Counted from the stretch's first letter, positions 19,447 to 29,968 are shown. The stretch: DNA of 39,613 nt from Elainellaceae cyanobacterium (GCA_051117555.1 JBNPEG010000229.1:1-39613), one strand, 5' to 3'. Translations and numbers: made by a program. Notes: generated by a model from the letters alone, not told the origin.

Positions 19447-19565
19447 CGATATGCTGGATATCTCCATTCAGGTTAAGGAGCTACCCAGACTGCCGGGTCT
19501 TTCTATGCGTCAGCGTCTTGCTCTGGATGGCACATCCCTGTACTGTTGATGTCTAATGGTCGCCT

Positions 19566-20768
19566 ATGAACTCGTCACCGTTGTCTTCAATTTCTGAACC
19601 TATTGATAGTCCCTCATCGATTGTGATGGCACTGGCTCCGGCGCGAGTGATTCGAGGAGCCGGGGTTTTGTCGGTATCGGGGGATGATATTGCTCGGCTG
19701 GGGCAGCGCCCGTTAGTGATTGGGGGCGATCGCACGCTTCATGCCGTTCAGCCTTTCTTAGCCCCTGCGTTGTCCCAACTTCAGGCACGCTCAGCGGTGT
19801 ATCACCCCGATTGCAGTGAGGCGAGTCTGGCGACGCTACGAGACGGGGCGATCGCCCATGATGCTGATCTCATTGTCGGCGTGGGTGGCGGGAAAGCGCT
19901 TGATACTGCGAAGCTATTAGCGCATCAGCATCAGATTCCGGTGGTGACCGTGCCAACCTCAGCCGCGACCTGTGCCGCCTGGACTGCGCTTTCCAATATC
20001 TATACCGAGGAGGGCGGGTTTCTCTACGATGTCAGTTTGACGCGCTGCCCTGATCTGCTTATTTTGGACTACGACCTGGTGCAAACGGCTGCATCTCGTA
20101 CTCTTATTTCTGGAATCGGAGATGCGCTGGCAAAGTGGTATGAAGCCTCCGTGAGCAGTGGTCATTCTGATCAAGCCCTGATCATCGCAGCCGTCCAGCA
20201 GGCGCGAGTGCTGAGAGATCTCCTGTTCCAAAAATCTGCGGAGGCGCTCCGTTCTCCAGGAAGTAGCAGTTGGCGCGACGTGGTGGATGCGTCAATTCTA
20301 TTAGCCGGTGTTATTGGGGGGCTCGGTGGAGCTCAGTGTCGCACCGTTGCAGCCCATGCTGTTCACAATGGGCTGACCCATCTGCCCGAAAGCCATCACG
20401 CCCTACATGGCGAAAAAGTCGCCTACGGAATTTTGGTACAGCTTCGACTTGAAGAAATGATCCAAGGGAACGGGCTCGCCGCGAGCTCTCGCCAGCAGCT
20501 TCTCAAGTTTTATGGCGACATCGGGCTACCCCGGAATTTGGCAGAACTCGGACTGGCAACCGTCACCATCGAAGGATTACAGCATGCTGCGGAGATTGCC
20601 TGTAGTCCGCATTCAGACATTCATCATCTGCCGTTTGAGGTTACGCCAGCTCACCTGATGGCCGCCATGGTGTCAACGGCGGCACCGTGCCATGTATCTC
20701 GCGCATCTGAACTAGAGTCCTGTTCACCGTCGCTATCCGTCTTGTCAACCGAAGAGGGTCAGCCATGA
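19566..20768 (+). CDS. Iron/zinc-containing alcohol dehydrogenase, glycerol dehydrogenase-like
   Basis: GVGGGKALDTAK, PTSAATCA, GIGDALAKWYE, AHAVHNGLT, HGEKVAYG. Start may be a later Met. Confidence 0.9.
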   Translation: MNSSPLSSISEPIDSPSSIVMALAPARVIRGAGVLSVSGDDIARLGQRPLVIGGDRTLHAVQPFLAPALSQLQARSAVYHPDCSEASLATLRDGAIAHDADLIVGVGGGKALDTAKLLAHQHQIPVVTVPTSAATCAAWTALSNIYTEEGGFLYDVSLTRCPDLLILDYDLVQTAASRTLISGIGDALAKWYEASVSSGHSDQALIIAAVQQARVLRDLLFQKSAEALRSPGSSSWRDVVDASILLAGVIGGLGGAQCRTVAAHAVHNGLTHLPESHHALHGEKVAYGILVQLRLEEMIQGNGLAASSRQQLLKFYGDIGLPRNLAELGLATVTIEGLQHAAEIACSPHSDIHHLPFEVTPAHLMAAMVSTAAPCHVSRASELESCSPSLSVLSTEEGQP

Positions 20769-21964
20769 ACCTAGACTGGATTAGCCCTGCTAAGCGCCTC
20801 AGCGCATTGCCTCCCTATGTCTTTGCTCGCCTCGATGAACTCAAGATGCGTGCGCGAGAACAAGGGTTAGATTTAATTGATTTGGGCATGGGCAATCCGG
20901 ATGGGCCAACGCCTCAACCGGTGGTTGAAGCAGCGACGGCAGCGCTTCAAGATCCGGCGAATCATGGATATCCGCCCTTTGAAGGGACTGCTAGCTTTCG
21001 TCAAGCGATCACCACGTGGTATCAGCGTCGCTATGATGTGGTGCTTGACCCAGATGGAGAGGCGCTTCCCCTGCTTGGGTCAAAAGAAGGGCTGACTCAT
21101 CTGGCGATCGCCTATGTTGATCCGGGTGATCTAGTCTTGGTGCCTACGCCTGCCTATCCCGCTCATTTCCGGGGTCCGCTGATCGCAGGCGGTGAGATCC
21201 ATCCGCTCGTGTTAACGCCCGAACAAGACTGGCTGATTGATCTGGCGGCAATTCCCGATCGGGTGGCAGAAAGGGCCAAAATTCTGTATTTCAATTACCC
21301 CAACAATCCTACGGCGGCTACTGCTCCTCGCGAATTCTTTGAGGAGATTGTTGCGTTTGCTCGCAAGTACGAAATTTTGCTCGTCCATGACCTGTGCTAT
21401 GCCGAGCTTGCCTTTGATGGCTATCACCCCACAAGCCTGCTTGAAATTCCGGGAGCAAAGGACATCGGAGTTGAATTTCATACCCTCTCGAAGACCTACA
21501 ACATGGCAGGATGGCGAGTCGGCTTTGTTGTGGGTAATCGCCACATCATTCAGGGGCTGCGTACCCTCAAAACCAACTTAGACTACGGAATTTTTGCGGC
21601 GTTGCAGTCGGCAGCCGAGACGGCACTCCAACTTCCAGAGGTATATCTTCACGAGGTGCAAGCTCGCTATCGCACTCGGCGCGATTTTATGATTGAAGGG
21701 CTGGCTCGGCTCGGTTGGGAGGTGCCCAAAACCTATGCCACGATGTATCTGTGGGTACCTTGCCCCGTTGGCATGGGGTCCACAGATTTTGCTCTATCAG
21801 TACTGCAGCAAACCGGAGTGGTCGTCACGCCAGGAAATGCATTTGGAGTCGGGGGAGAGGGCTATGTGCGAGTCAGTCTCATCGCAGAGTGCGATCGCCT
21901 CAATGACGCGATCGCTCGACTAGAGAGAGCAAATATTCGCTATCAGGGAGCGCTCGTTTCTTAG
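20765..21964 (+). CDS. Class I PLP-dependent aminotransferase (aspartate / LL-DAP aminotransferase-like)
   Basis: DLGMGNPD, GSKEG, NYPNNPT, HDLCY, SKTYNMAGWRVG. ATGA overlap with the upstream gene. Confidence 0.92.
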   Translation: MNLDWISPAKRLSALPPYVFARLDELKMRAREQGLDLIDLGMGNPDGPTPQPVVEAATAALQDPANHGYPPFEGTASFRQAITTWYQRRYDVVLDPDGEALPLLGSKEGLTHLAIAYVDPGDLVLVPTPAYPAHFRGPLIAGGEIHPLVLTPEQDWLIDLAAIPDRVAERAKILYFNYPNNPTAATAPREFFEEIVAFARKYEILLVHDLCYAELAFDGYHPTSLLEIPGAKDIGVEFHTLSKTYNMAGWRVGFVVGNRHIIQGLRTLKTNLDYGIFAALQSAAETALQLPEVYLHEVQARYRTRRDFMIEGLARLGWEVPKTYATMYLWVPCPVGMGSTDFALSVLQQTGVVVTPGNAFGVGGEGYVRVSLIAECDRLNDAIARLERANIRYQGALVS

Positions 21965-21972
21965 CCTCAAGC

Positions 21973-22920
21973 TCACGTGATGCCAACCGAATGAAATGAC
22001 ACAGATGTCGAATTGGCGATCGCAATATCTGGCATCGATTTGAGCGTGTCTAAAAATGCAAACACCGCTGGAAGATGCATCGCATCCGCTAATACCGCAA
22101 CCCCATTTGTGCGGCTCAAAGGCACGGGTAATGGGTAAATCTGTAAATCAGCAGGAATGGGTTCGGCTGCCATGCGAGGCAAGATAGCCGCACCAAGCCC
22201 CTGTTGCACCATGCTGAGCATTGTCGAATCTTCACTGACCTCATAGGCAATATTCAGCGCCTGATCGTGTTTGGCAAAGTGACTCCGAATCAACACACTG
22301 CAACTATCGTTACCCGGAGACAAAATCAACGGATACTGAGCCAGGTCTTCCCACGTCAGGGTTTTACCATGAATGGGAGCATTGGGAGGCAGGAACACAA
22401 AATATTCGTCGTCAAAGAGTTCCCAGGTTTCAAGTTCTGTTGTCCCCGGAAGATGAAACAGCCCGACATCGGCTTCACCGTGGCGCAATGCCCGCTCAAC
22501 CTCGCCCTGGGTTCGATATTCTCGAATCGAAACCGAAATGCCTGGAAAATTGCTGCGAAATGCAGCGATGACTTTTGGCAAAATGTGAGTGGCTAGACTC
22601 CGAAAGGCGGCAATTCTGACCTGTCCACCCTGGAGCCCTTTGGCAAAGCTCGCTTCCTTTTCGATAACCTCTAGCGACTGCAAAATCTTCTGCGCCTGCT
22701 CGACGATGCGTTCGCCAACGGGGGTCAACCGAGCCCCATAGCGTCCCCTAGACAGCAAAATCACGCCCAGCTCATCCTCCAAGGTGGCGATCGCATGGCT
22801 GACCGCAGATTGTGACATATCAAGCTCTAGCGATGCCTTACCAAAATTATGATGCTCGGCAACTGCAATCAGCGCCCGCAATTGGGATAGCGTCAGACCG
22901 TCTCGACTTCGTCGGGCCAT
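21973..22920 (-). CDS. LysR family transcriptional regulator
   Basis: N-terminal HTH (LSQLRAL...NFGKAS.EL..SQSAVSHAI..LE.ELG..LL.R) and LysR substrate domain. Confidence 0.95.
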   Translation of the reverse strand: MARRSRDGLTLSQLRALIAVAEHHNFGKASLELDMSQSAVSHAIATLEDELGVILLSRGRYGARLTPVGERIVEQAQKILQSLEVIEKEASFAKGLQGGQVRIAAFRSLATHILPKVIAAFRSNFPGISVSIREYRTQGEVERALRHGEADVGLFHLPGTTELETWELFDDEYFVFLPPNAPIHGKTLTWEDLAQYPLILSPGNDSCSVLIRSHFAKHDQALNIAYEVSEDSTMLSMVQQGLGAAILPRMAAEPIPADLQIYPLPVPLSRTNGVAVLADAMHLPAVFAFLDTLKSMPDIAIANSTSVSFHSVGIT

Positions 22921-22987
22921 GGACTTAATCTCCTTGACTATCCGGTGGTTCCTGTCTGGTTATGTGCTCAGTCTACCGAGAACTCGC

Positions 22988-23524
22988 CTACTCTGGTGTA
23001 TTCCACCGAGCGCTTAACGTTAAGACAACGGCTCCCCGCTCACTCGTGAGTTGAGGAACGGGCACGATGCAAGTTTGACGATTATTCTCCCATTGCCCTG
23101 CAAACTGTTGCTCTCCAACCCTGACCTGGCAAAGGGTCGGCTCAAAATATAGCGCCGTTAGCAGCACCTTATCGTCTGCATCACTGTCTGCATCAAAAAT
23201 TCGGACATCAGCTACGATTTCATGCGTTTGCCGCAGCGGATCGAGGGTATATAGAGTGCTCAGCGTCCAGTTGGGTGTAATCCGATCGTTGATGTGCGAG
23301 ATTGTGAGTGTTGGAGTCACAAGACGCTGATTTGCAAGTTGAATGACCGCGTATAGGTCAGGGCGTTGATTGCCTGGCGGCAAATCTAGCGTTGGGCTTC
23401 CCCAAACTTCTTGAATCAAGATATCCACCGATAGGGGAGCTCCAGTTTGAGCATTGGCAGAATGAATCAGCCAGGTAGAGAAAGCCATGCCAGGAAACAA
23501 TACGATGAGCAAGCGACGCAGCAT
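22988..23524 (-). CDS. Predicted secreted hypothetical protein
   Basis: Sec-type signal peptide ending SANA-Q; beta-rich mature part. Confidence 0.7.
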   Translation of the reverse strand: MLRRLLIVLFPGMAFSTWLIHSANAQTGAPLSVDILIQEVWGSPTLDLPPGNQRPDLYAVIQLANQRLVTPTLTISHINDRITPNWTLSTLYTLDPLRQTHEIVADVRIFDADSDADDKVLLTALYFEPTLCQVRVGEQQFAGQWENNRQTCIVPVPQLTSERGAVVLTLSARWNTPE

Positions 23525-23595
23525 AGGAATCTAGTATGGAGGGTTGAGATAGTGAGATATAGGGTGTTGAGAGACGACCCCGACGACATTGGGAA

Positions 23596-26151
23596 CTAGA
23601 GCAAATTCATCGGATCGACATCGATCGTGAGACTGACGCCGCGAGGACAGTGCGATCGCACATTGGCTAAATCGAGCTGAGTGACTAGAGCCTCAACTGA
23701 TGGTTGGATGCTCTTGATCAGCAGATGCCACCGATATCGTCGTGCTACTCGGACGATGCTAGCAGGCGCTGGCCCCAACAACTCATATCCCGCCTGCTGA
23801 GAATCATCTGGACGCAGGCGCTCGGCTAGACGCTCGGCAGTCTGGCAAACCGCAGCTTCATCCAGGCTGCTCAATCGGAGCAAGATGAGATGACTGGCAG
23901 GCGGATAGTGAAGCGCCATACGCTGAGCCAGTTCAGCGTCAATAAATGCCTTATAGTCATTCTGACGCACCGCATGAATGACCGGGTGATCGGGCGAATA
24001 GGTTTGCAAAATGACCCGCCCTGGGTCATCTCCACGCCCAGCTCGTCCCGAAACCTGGGTAAGAGTCTGAAAAGCGCGTTCGCTGGCTCGATAGTCTGCC
24101 AGATGCAAAAGCCCATCTGCCGCAACAACGCCGACGAGGGTGACTTGAGGGAGGTCAATTCCTTTAGTCAACATCTGCGTGCCGACTAGCAAATCGGCTT
24201 CTCCGTGGGCAAACCGACTCAATAGAGTGCGGTGGGCTCCTTTGGTGCGAGTTGTGTCGCTGTCAAACCGGATGCAACGCAAGTCAGGAAACTGGCGAGT
24301 CAGCTCCTGCATGACGCGCTGAGTGCCGCTACCAAAATGCTTGAGATACGGAGACCCACACTCAGGACATTGGCTAGGGTGCGATCGCCCATAGCCACAA
24401 TAGTGACACCGCAAGCGGGGATGAGAGTCTGCCTGAGTCTGGTGGTACGTGAGCGAGACATCACAGTCGAGACACTCTAACACATGCCCACAGCTACGAC
24501 ACGAGACAAACGTGCTGTGCCCCCGCCGATGGATAAACAAAAGCCCCTGCCGTTGAGTGTTTTGAAGTTGCTTCAAAGCGTCCTGGAGCGATCGGCTAAA
24601 AATCGATCGGTTGCCCGATTGAAATTCGTGCCGCATATCTACCACCTCGATGGGGGGTAATGGGCGAGACTGAATACGCTGGGGAAGAGACAGGGAGAGA
24701 CTGGGCAGAGGAGCGTAGACCTGAGAATTGGCGTGAACTTGAACCCATGTTTCAAGGGAGGGAGTCGCAGATCCTAAAACTAGCGGGCACTGGTCAAGTT
24801 CGGCACGCCATTGGGCGACGGTGCGAGCGTGGTAGCAGGGAGCAGGCTGGTCTTGCTTAAAGCTATCGTCATGTTCTTCATCTAAAACAATGAGACCCAG
24901 GTTTGGAAGGGGAGCAAAAATCGCTGAGCGGGTGCCAATCACGACCTGCGAATTTCCCTGGAGCATCAGCCGCCAGGTGTCGTATCGCTCTCCATCAGAT
25001 AATCCGCTGTGATAAACCCTAACCCGAGATCCAAATCGTGCCCGAAACCGATCGGTCAGTTGAGGAGTCAAGCCAATTTCGGGAACGAGGACTAATGCCG
25101 ATTCCCCCCGCTCTAGAATAGGGGCGATCGCCTGGAGATAGACCTCGGTTTTTCCTGACCCCGTAATTCCGTGCAATAAAACCTGATGCGGTCGATTCAG
25201 GGAGGCGATCGCTCGGACAGCCTGTACCTGGGCATCTGTCAGTGCCTTGGGCTGGTCGGGGGGAGGGAACGCTGAATCATCCGACCGCAACACTTCTCGC
25301 TGCTGCACAATAATCCATCCCTTTCGCTCAAGGGCTCGAATCACAGACGAACTGGTTCGGCAGGTTTGCAGCAGCTCTTGGAGCCACATGTCTCCCCCCC
25401 TCCGCTTGAGCACGTCTAAAATCTCTTGCTGGCGGGGGCTGGCGGGGTCTGCCTGAGGAGAATGAACAAGAATGACGACCCGCTGCTGCTTTGGGCGAAT
25501 GCTCTCGGGAGGTTCGAGATAGCTTTCGACCCATCCTCGCTGAAGCAAATCTCTGAGTCCACGCTGCGCGCCTCGCACCTGTCGTTGTAAATACGTCCAG
25601 GTGTAGTTTCCCTGCTTTTGGGATTGCAACCGCTCGAGAAGTTGCCGCGCGGCGGGCTGTAAAAACTCCTCGCCATGGGGCGGAATGGCCTCGGGCTTGA
25701 GCTGAATCCGCCGCTGCGATCGCCCCAATAACCCAGGTGGGAGAGCAGTTCGCACCACTTGCATCACAGAAGTGCAGTAATATTCAGCAATTCGGTGCAG
25801 CAGAGCCCAGTACCGTGGCGAAAAAAAACCCGAACTGATGATGTCCTCAACCTGCCGCACAGATTGGGGATCTAAGTCGGCGGGCAAATTCGCAACCCAT
25901 CGAATGGCGATCGCCCCAACCTGCTGGCTGCCAAACGGAACGCTGAGAATGTCTCCCAGCTCTACCGATAGATTGGACGGGCATTGATAGGTATAGAGCC
26001 CTTGGGTGCCACGGCAGTCGACTAGCACCTCGATCCACCGCTGAGAGACGTTAGGGGGATACGATCGGCTAGGCTCAGCTAGCGCGGATGCGAATGGGGC
26101 GATCGCTCCATTCGCAGCGGATGATGAATTGAATGACACACGTGGGCTCAT
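23596..26151 (-). CDS. priA: Primosomal protein N' (replication restart helicase)
   Basis: GITGSGKTEVY, VPEIGLTPQ, DEEH, SATPS, four CxxC pairs, QVSGRAGR. Confidence 0.97.
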   Translation of the reverse strand: MSPRVSFNSSSAANGAIAPFASALAEPSRSYPPNVSQRWIEVLVDCRGTQGLYTYQCPSNLSVELGDILSVPFGSQQVGAIAIRWVANLPADLDPQSVRQVEDIISSGFFSPRYWALLHRIAEYYCTSVMQVVRTALPPGLLGRSQRRIQLKPEAIPPHGEEFLQPAARQLLERLQSQKQGNYTWTYLQRQVRGAQRGLRDLLQRGWVESYLEPPESIRPKQQRVVILVHSPQADPASPRQQEILDVLKRRGGDMWLQELLQTCRTSSSVIRALERKGWIIVQQREVLRSDDSAFPPPDQPKALTDAQVQAVRAIASLNRPHQVLLHGITGSGKTEVYLQAIAPILERGESALVLVPEIGLTPQLTDRFRARFGSRVRVYHSGLSDGERYDTWRLMLQGNSQVVIGTRSAIFAPLPNLGLIVLDEEHDDSFKQDQPAPCYHARTVAQWRAELDQCPLVLGSATPSLETWVQVHANSQVYAPLPSLSLSLPQRIQSRPLPPIEVVDMRHEFQSGNRSIFSRSLQDALKQLQNTQRQGLLFIHRRGHSTFVSCRSCGHVLECLDCDVSLTYHQTQADSHPRLRCHYCGYGRSHPSQCPECGSPYLKHFGSGTQRVMQELTRQFPDLRCIRFDSDTTRTKGAHRTLLSRFAHGEADLLVGTQMLTKGIDLPQVTLVGVVAADGLLHLADYRASERAFQTLTQVSGRAGRGDDPGRVILQTYSPDHPVIHAVRQNDYKAFIDAELAQRMALHYPPASHLILLRLSSLDEAAVCQTAERLAERLRPDDSQQAGYELLGPAPASIVRVARRYRWHLLIKSIQPSVEALVTQLDLANVRSHCPRGVSLTIDVDPMNLL

Positions 26152-26881
26152 CCAGCAACTCTACCCAGCACAACATGACGATTCAGCAAATCGTACCCGA
26201 TCTACGCTTGAACTAGTGTAGACCAGGTATTGAACGTAAGCCATTGATCTGATTGCCGATCTGAATTGTAAAAAGCCACTGCCCCTGATAGGAGGAAATT
26301 TTAAGGGGCCTGTTCTTCATTGACCTGATGACTATAACGCTCTTTGAGCAGAGACACATGCGCTATATGTCGCTTATGAAACGCTGCAACGCGTCTAAAG
26401 CTGATTGACTTACAAAACTCTAAACGCCGTTGCAAAAGTTCTACAAAACTAAAATCTTTGAATATAGCAAAAAACGCTCATCAAATTCACCGTAGATACA
26501 CAGAAGATTTTTCGGTTTCCCTCCAGTAAACCAAAATCTTTCCGTAAAAGCATGGACGTGAAAGTACGGAGTGTTTGATAGGCTCATGCTGTGTTTATTA
26601 ACATGACATATTTCATGATATTTCGGCGTTCTTTCGACCGTATGTGTTGAGACTTTTCCGTTCAATTGATTGGTCTGGAAAAGAAGATAGTTTCTCATTT
26701 GAATTAAGACGTTAAATAGACAATCTTGATGGATTGATTTCATTATATTGCAGAGAATTAAGCATTTTGCTTCAAATACATTGATGAAAACAGATGATTT
26801 TAGGGCTATATTCATAACAGGATTAGAATATTTTATTTTATAAATATCTTGATGACTCCTGAGAAGGAATAAAGCGCTTCT

Positions 26882-26973
26882 TATCGTGATCCTAAATCGC
26901 CTGTGAATTATGTGTGAGCCGTGGGGCGAGCGGCGACCGTCCTAACACTCACAACCCATCTGGGATTTCTATG
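26882..26973 (-). mobile_element. MITE-like element, degenerate inverted copy
   Basis: GATCCTAAATCGCCTGTGAATTATGTGTGAG...CTCACAACCCATCTGGGATTTCTAT aligns to the reverse complement of 12141-12232. Confidence 0.75.
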
Positions 26974-27284
26974 TGCATCTATTATTTATCTTGTCTTTTA
27001 AGTAATATACTGTGATTAAATTTGCGATAAAGATGAATTTAAATCGTGTATATAGTTCATTTAGAAATGATATTTTGGATTTTTACAATCTAAACTTAAT
27101 TGTAAAATATTACTTGGTAGTCATGAATGATCTTACTGAAGATACTAATATCAAAGTCACCATATTTAACGATTACAGAAATTGATTCATGCGTCATAAA
27201 TTTGATTATCAATACGAAAACTCGCCTCAATAAATAATTTCTTAAATATCGTCGACTCCATATTGTTTATTTTGAATTTGCACG

Positions 27285-28499
27285 ATGCAAGAATTATTTG
27301 GAACTTTTTCTGCTGACAAAACTGAAACCTGGTCGTTACGTTCAAGCATGTCTGCATCTCTACCCTCAACGGTCGCAGATGAATTGCATCCAATAGCTGA
27401 TCATCATCTCGATCACGATGAATTTGAATATGCAGACAATCTGCGTTCCGAGTCATCAGATTCGGATCAAATAGAGATGTTGGCCTTAGCTCGCTCTGAT
27501 GAAGTCGTCGCAGAATTTGCGTCCCATTCGACTGACTATCAAAAAAATCTTTCTGATGATGCGGTGGGCGCGTTTTTCAAAAAGATGGCTCGGTATCCTC
27601 TGCTGCAGCCCGATGAAGAAATTGAGCTAGCACGTCAGGTTCGGTTTCTTGTCGAGGTTGACCAATTGCGCGATCGCCTCAGGAAGGAATTAGGTCGGGA
27701 GCCGCTTCACAGCGAGATCGCGAATGAGTATCAGCTCACTAGCCATCAGCTTAATCAGCATCTCCACACTGGGCAGATTGCTAAGCGAAAAATGATTCGC
27801 TCTAATCTGCGACTCGTCGTGTCGATTGCCAAACGCTACCTAAATCGCGGAGTACCCTTTTTAGACTTGATTCAAGAAGGCGCGCTGGGTCTCAATCGTG
27901 CGGCAGAAAAGTTTGACCCCGATAAGGGCTATAAGTTTTCCACCTACGCCTACTGGTGGATTCGCCAAGGCATCACCCGGACAATTTCTAATGATGCTCG
28001 AACCATTCGACTGCCGATTCACATTGTTGAAAAGCTCAACAAAATCAAGAGAGTTCATCGAGAGTTGCGCCGAGGTCTGAATCGCAATCCGTCAGACGCG
28101 GAACTATCGGAGGCACTTGAGATACCAGTCAAGCAACTTCGCAGTCTTCAGCAGATGCGCCACCACGCGCTATCGCTCAATCGCCGAGTCGGCAAGGGAG
28201 AAGACACAGAGCTGCTAGAACTGTTAGAAGATGACCAGACCCAAACGCCAAACGGGCAAATCGGTGATGCCATGATGCGCCAAGATTTGGAAATGGTGCT
28301 GGCAGATGTATTGACTGAGCGGGAAAAAGATGTAATTGCGTTGCGATATGGCCTGACAACGGGCGAACCCCGCACCCTTGAGGAAGTTGGAAGAATATTC
28401 AACTTGTCACGTGAGCGAGTCAGGCAAATTCAAACAAAGGCCATGCGCAAGCTCCGTCGTCCTCCAGTGGCTGCCCGTCTGAGAGAATGGTTGCGGTAA
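27285..28499 (+). CDS. sigE: Group 2 RNA polymerase sigma factor, SigE type
   Basis: DDAVGAFFKKMARYPLL region 1.2 (SigE-type), NLRLVVSIAKRY, KFSTYAYWWIRQ, SRERVRQIQ. ATG 27348 is an alternative start. Confidence 0.85.
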   Translation: MQELFGTFSADKTETWSLRSSMSASLPSTVADELHPIADHHLDHDEFEYADNLRSESSDSDQIEMLALARSDEVVAEFASHSTDYQKNLSDDAVGAFFKKMARYPLLQPDEEIELARQVRFLVEVDQLRDRLRKELGREPLHSEIANEYQLTSHQLNQHLHTGQIAKRKMIRSNLRLVVSIAKRYLNRGVPFLDLIQEGALGLNRAAEKFDPDKGYKFSTYAYWWIRQGITRTISNDARTIRLPIHIVEKLNKIKRVHRELRRGLNRNPSDAELSEALEIPVKQLRSLQQMRHHALSLNRRVGKGEDTELLELLEDDQTQTPNGQIGDAMMRQDLEMVLADVLTEREKDVIALRYGLTTGEPRTLEEVGRIFNLSRERVRQIQTKAMRKLRRPPVAARLREWLR

Positions 28500-28526
28500 T
28501 CTACTCTGACGAAACAACTGTTCGCT

Positions 28527-29495
28527 ATGCCTCAAATTACGCCTGCGCGCACTCGTCTGGCAACGCAGTCAGACGTATCGGTTTTGTTTAAATTGATCTG
28601 CGATCTAGCAGAGTATGAAAAGCTTGCCCACGAAGTCGTCGGATCAGTCGATGCGCTAGCCGATCATTTATTTGGCGATCGCCCCTGCATTCAGGCATTT
28701 ATCGCAGAACATCAGCACCATCCGCTCGGCTTTGCGTTGTTTTTCCCGATTTATAGTACGGCTGCTGCTCAAACAGGATTCTATCTAGAAGATTTGTTTG
28801 TGACGCCAGAAGCGCGAGGTCAAGGCGTTGGCAAAGCGCTGTTGTCTCGGCTTGCCCAGTATTCTCTAGAGCAGAGCGATGGCGTTTTGGAGTGGAGTGT
28901 CCTTGATTGGAATGCCCCGGCGATCGCCTTTTATCAGCGCATCGGTGCTTCCATTTCTGATCAGGATCGCGTGTGCCGACTCACTCACCCTCAACTGCAA
29001 TCGGTAAGCGCGCTGACCATTCCATCAGACTGGACAGTTCGTTTCGCAACCGTGAATGATAGTCTGGCGATCGCTCAACATCTGTGTGAAAAAGATAATT
29101 TAAGCGAAGCCAAGCAGCTATTCGAACGATGGCTAACCCCAACCCTTGCCTATAAATCAGCTCCCTGCTCTCAACTGGAGGTAGCCGTTGTTGTACATGG
29201 CGATCGCATCATTGGGTGTGCGCCCGTGTCCCAAAGCTATTCTACGTTTTTAACCCAGCCCGGGTTTCTCATTGAGCGCGTTGTCGTTGTGCCAGGCTAT
29301 TCTTACGAGTCAGTCCATCAGGTGCTAATTGCTTACTTAGCAAAGGTTGCCCTCGAACGCCAGTATGGGCGATTAGAATGGCGTGAGACCCTCCACCGTC
29401 CCCAGGCGATCGGCCACGCTCATCAACTGGGTGCAACGGTGTTAGACGACTGGCGAATTTGTCGGGGTAGCGGAGAGGTGATTGCCTCACCCTAA
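28527..29495 (+). CDS. Tandem GNAT acetyltransferase (SSAT/PaiA-like)
   Basis: LAEYEK, YLEDLFV..EARGQGVGKALL, LEWSVLDWN..AIAFY; degenerate second repeat (YSTFLTQPG...GRLEW). Confidence 0.85.
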   Translation: MPQITPARTRLATQSDVSVLFKLICDLAEYEKLAHEVVGSVDALADHLFGDRPCIQAFIAEHQHHPLGFALFFPIYSTAAAQTGFYLEDLFVTPEARGQGVGKALLSRLAQYSLEQSDGVLEWSVLDWNAPAIAFYQRIGASISDQDRVCRLTHPQLQSVSALTIPSDWTVRFATVNDSLAIAQHLCEKDNLSEAKQLFERWLTPTLAYKSAPCSQLEVAVVVHGDRIIGCAPVSQSYSTFLTQPGFLIERVVVVPGYSYESVHQVLIAYLAKVALERQYGRLEWRETLHRPQAIGHAHQLGATVLDDWRICRGSGEVIASP

Positions 29496-29603
29496 CTCCC
29501 CTCACTGGGAGTCGCATCCCTATGCGCTAATGAGCAAGTCCCGATGTCAGTCGAGGAACGATCGGTTTAACGATAGGATGAGAATGAATTTGGAGCAATA
29601 GTC

Positions 29604-29810
29604 GTGACTATCTGGATAAACGAACAGGTTGATCCATCTGGTATCATTCATGCCTGCATCGCCTGCTGCGATCAAACTCAGGCAGAAGAATGCCATGTTG
29701 AGTTTCAAGCGAAGCTAACCCCTAATCAACGGCAAGCGGGCTGGTTAGCTCGGCTGCGGACGGTTGATTCATGGGATGATGTTCCAGTCACTGCTCTGAA
29801 GCTCAGCTAG
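29604..29810 (+). CDS. Conserved cyanobacterial small hypothetical protein
   Basis: MTIWINEQVDPSG...CIACC...LRTVDSWDDVPV.ALKL is a familiar conserved pattern. GGAG RBS, GTG start. Confidence 0.75.
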   Translation: MTIWINEQVDPSGIIHACIACCDQTQAEECHVEFQAKLTPNQRQAGWLARLRTVDSWDDVPVTALKLS

Positions 29811-29877
29811 AGATATCAACGACAGGGCGATCGCCCCTCGGGTTAAATTTGCTCATCCTAAAAAAGTGCAAATTGAA

Positions 29878-29968
29878 TATAGCCATCCCAGATGGTGTGT
29901 GAGTGGTGGGGCAGGCGACGCCCGCCCCACCACTCACACACAATTCACAAGCGATTTAGGTCACTATA
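29878..29968 (+). mobile_element. ~91-bp MITE-like element, copy 2
   Basis: TATAGCCATCCCAGATGG...CAATTCACAAGCGATTTAGGTCACTATA; TATA at both ends, long internal hairpin. Confidence 0.82.

Noticed and set aside
26441..26815. 124-aa minus-strand ORF in the priA-sigE gap
   Set aside because: AT-rich, no RBS and no recognisable motif; likely a chance ORF.
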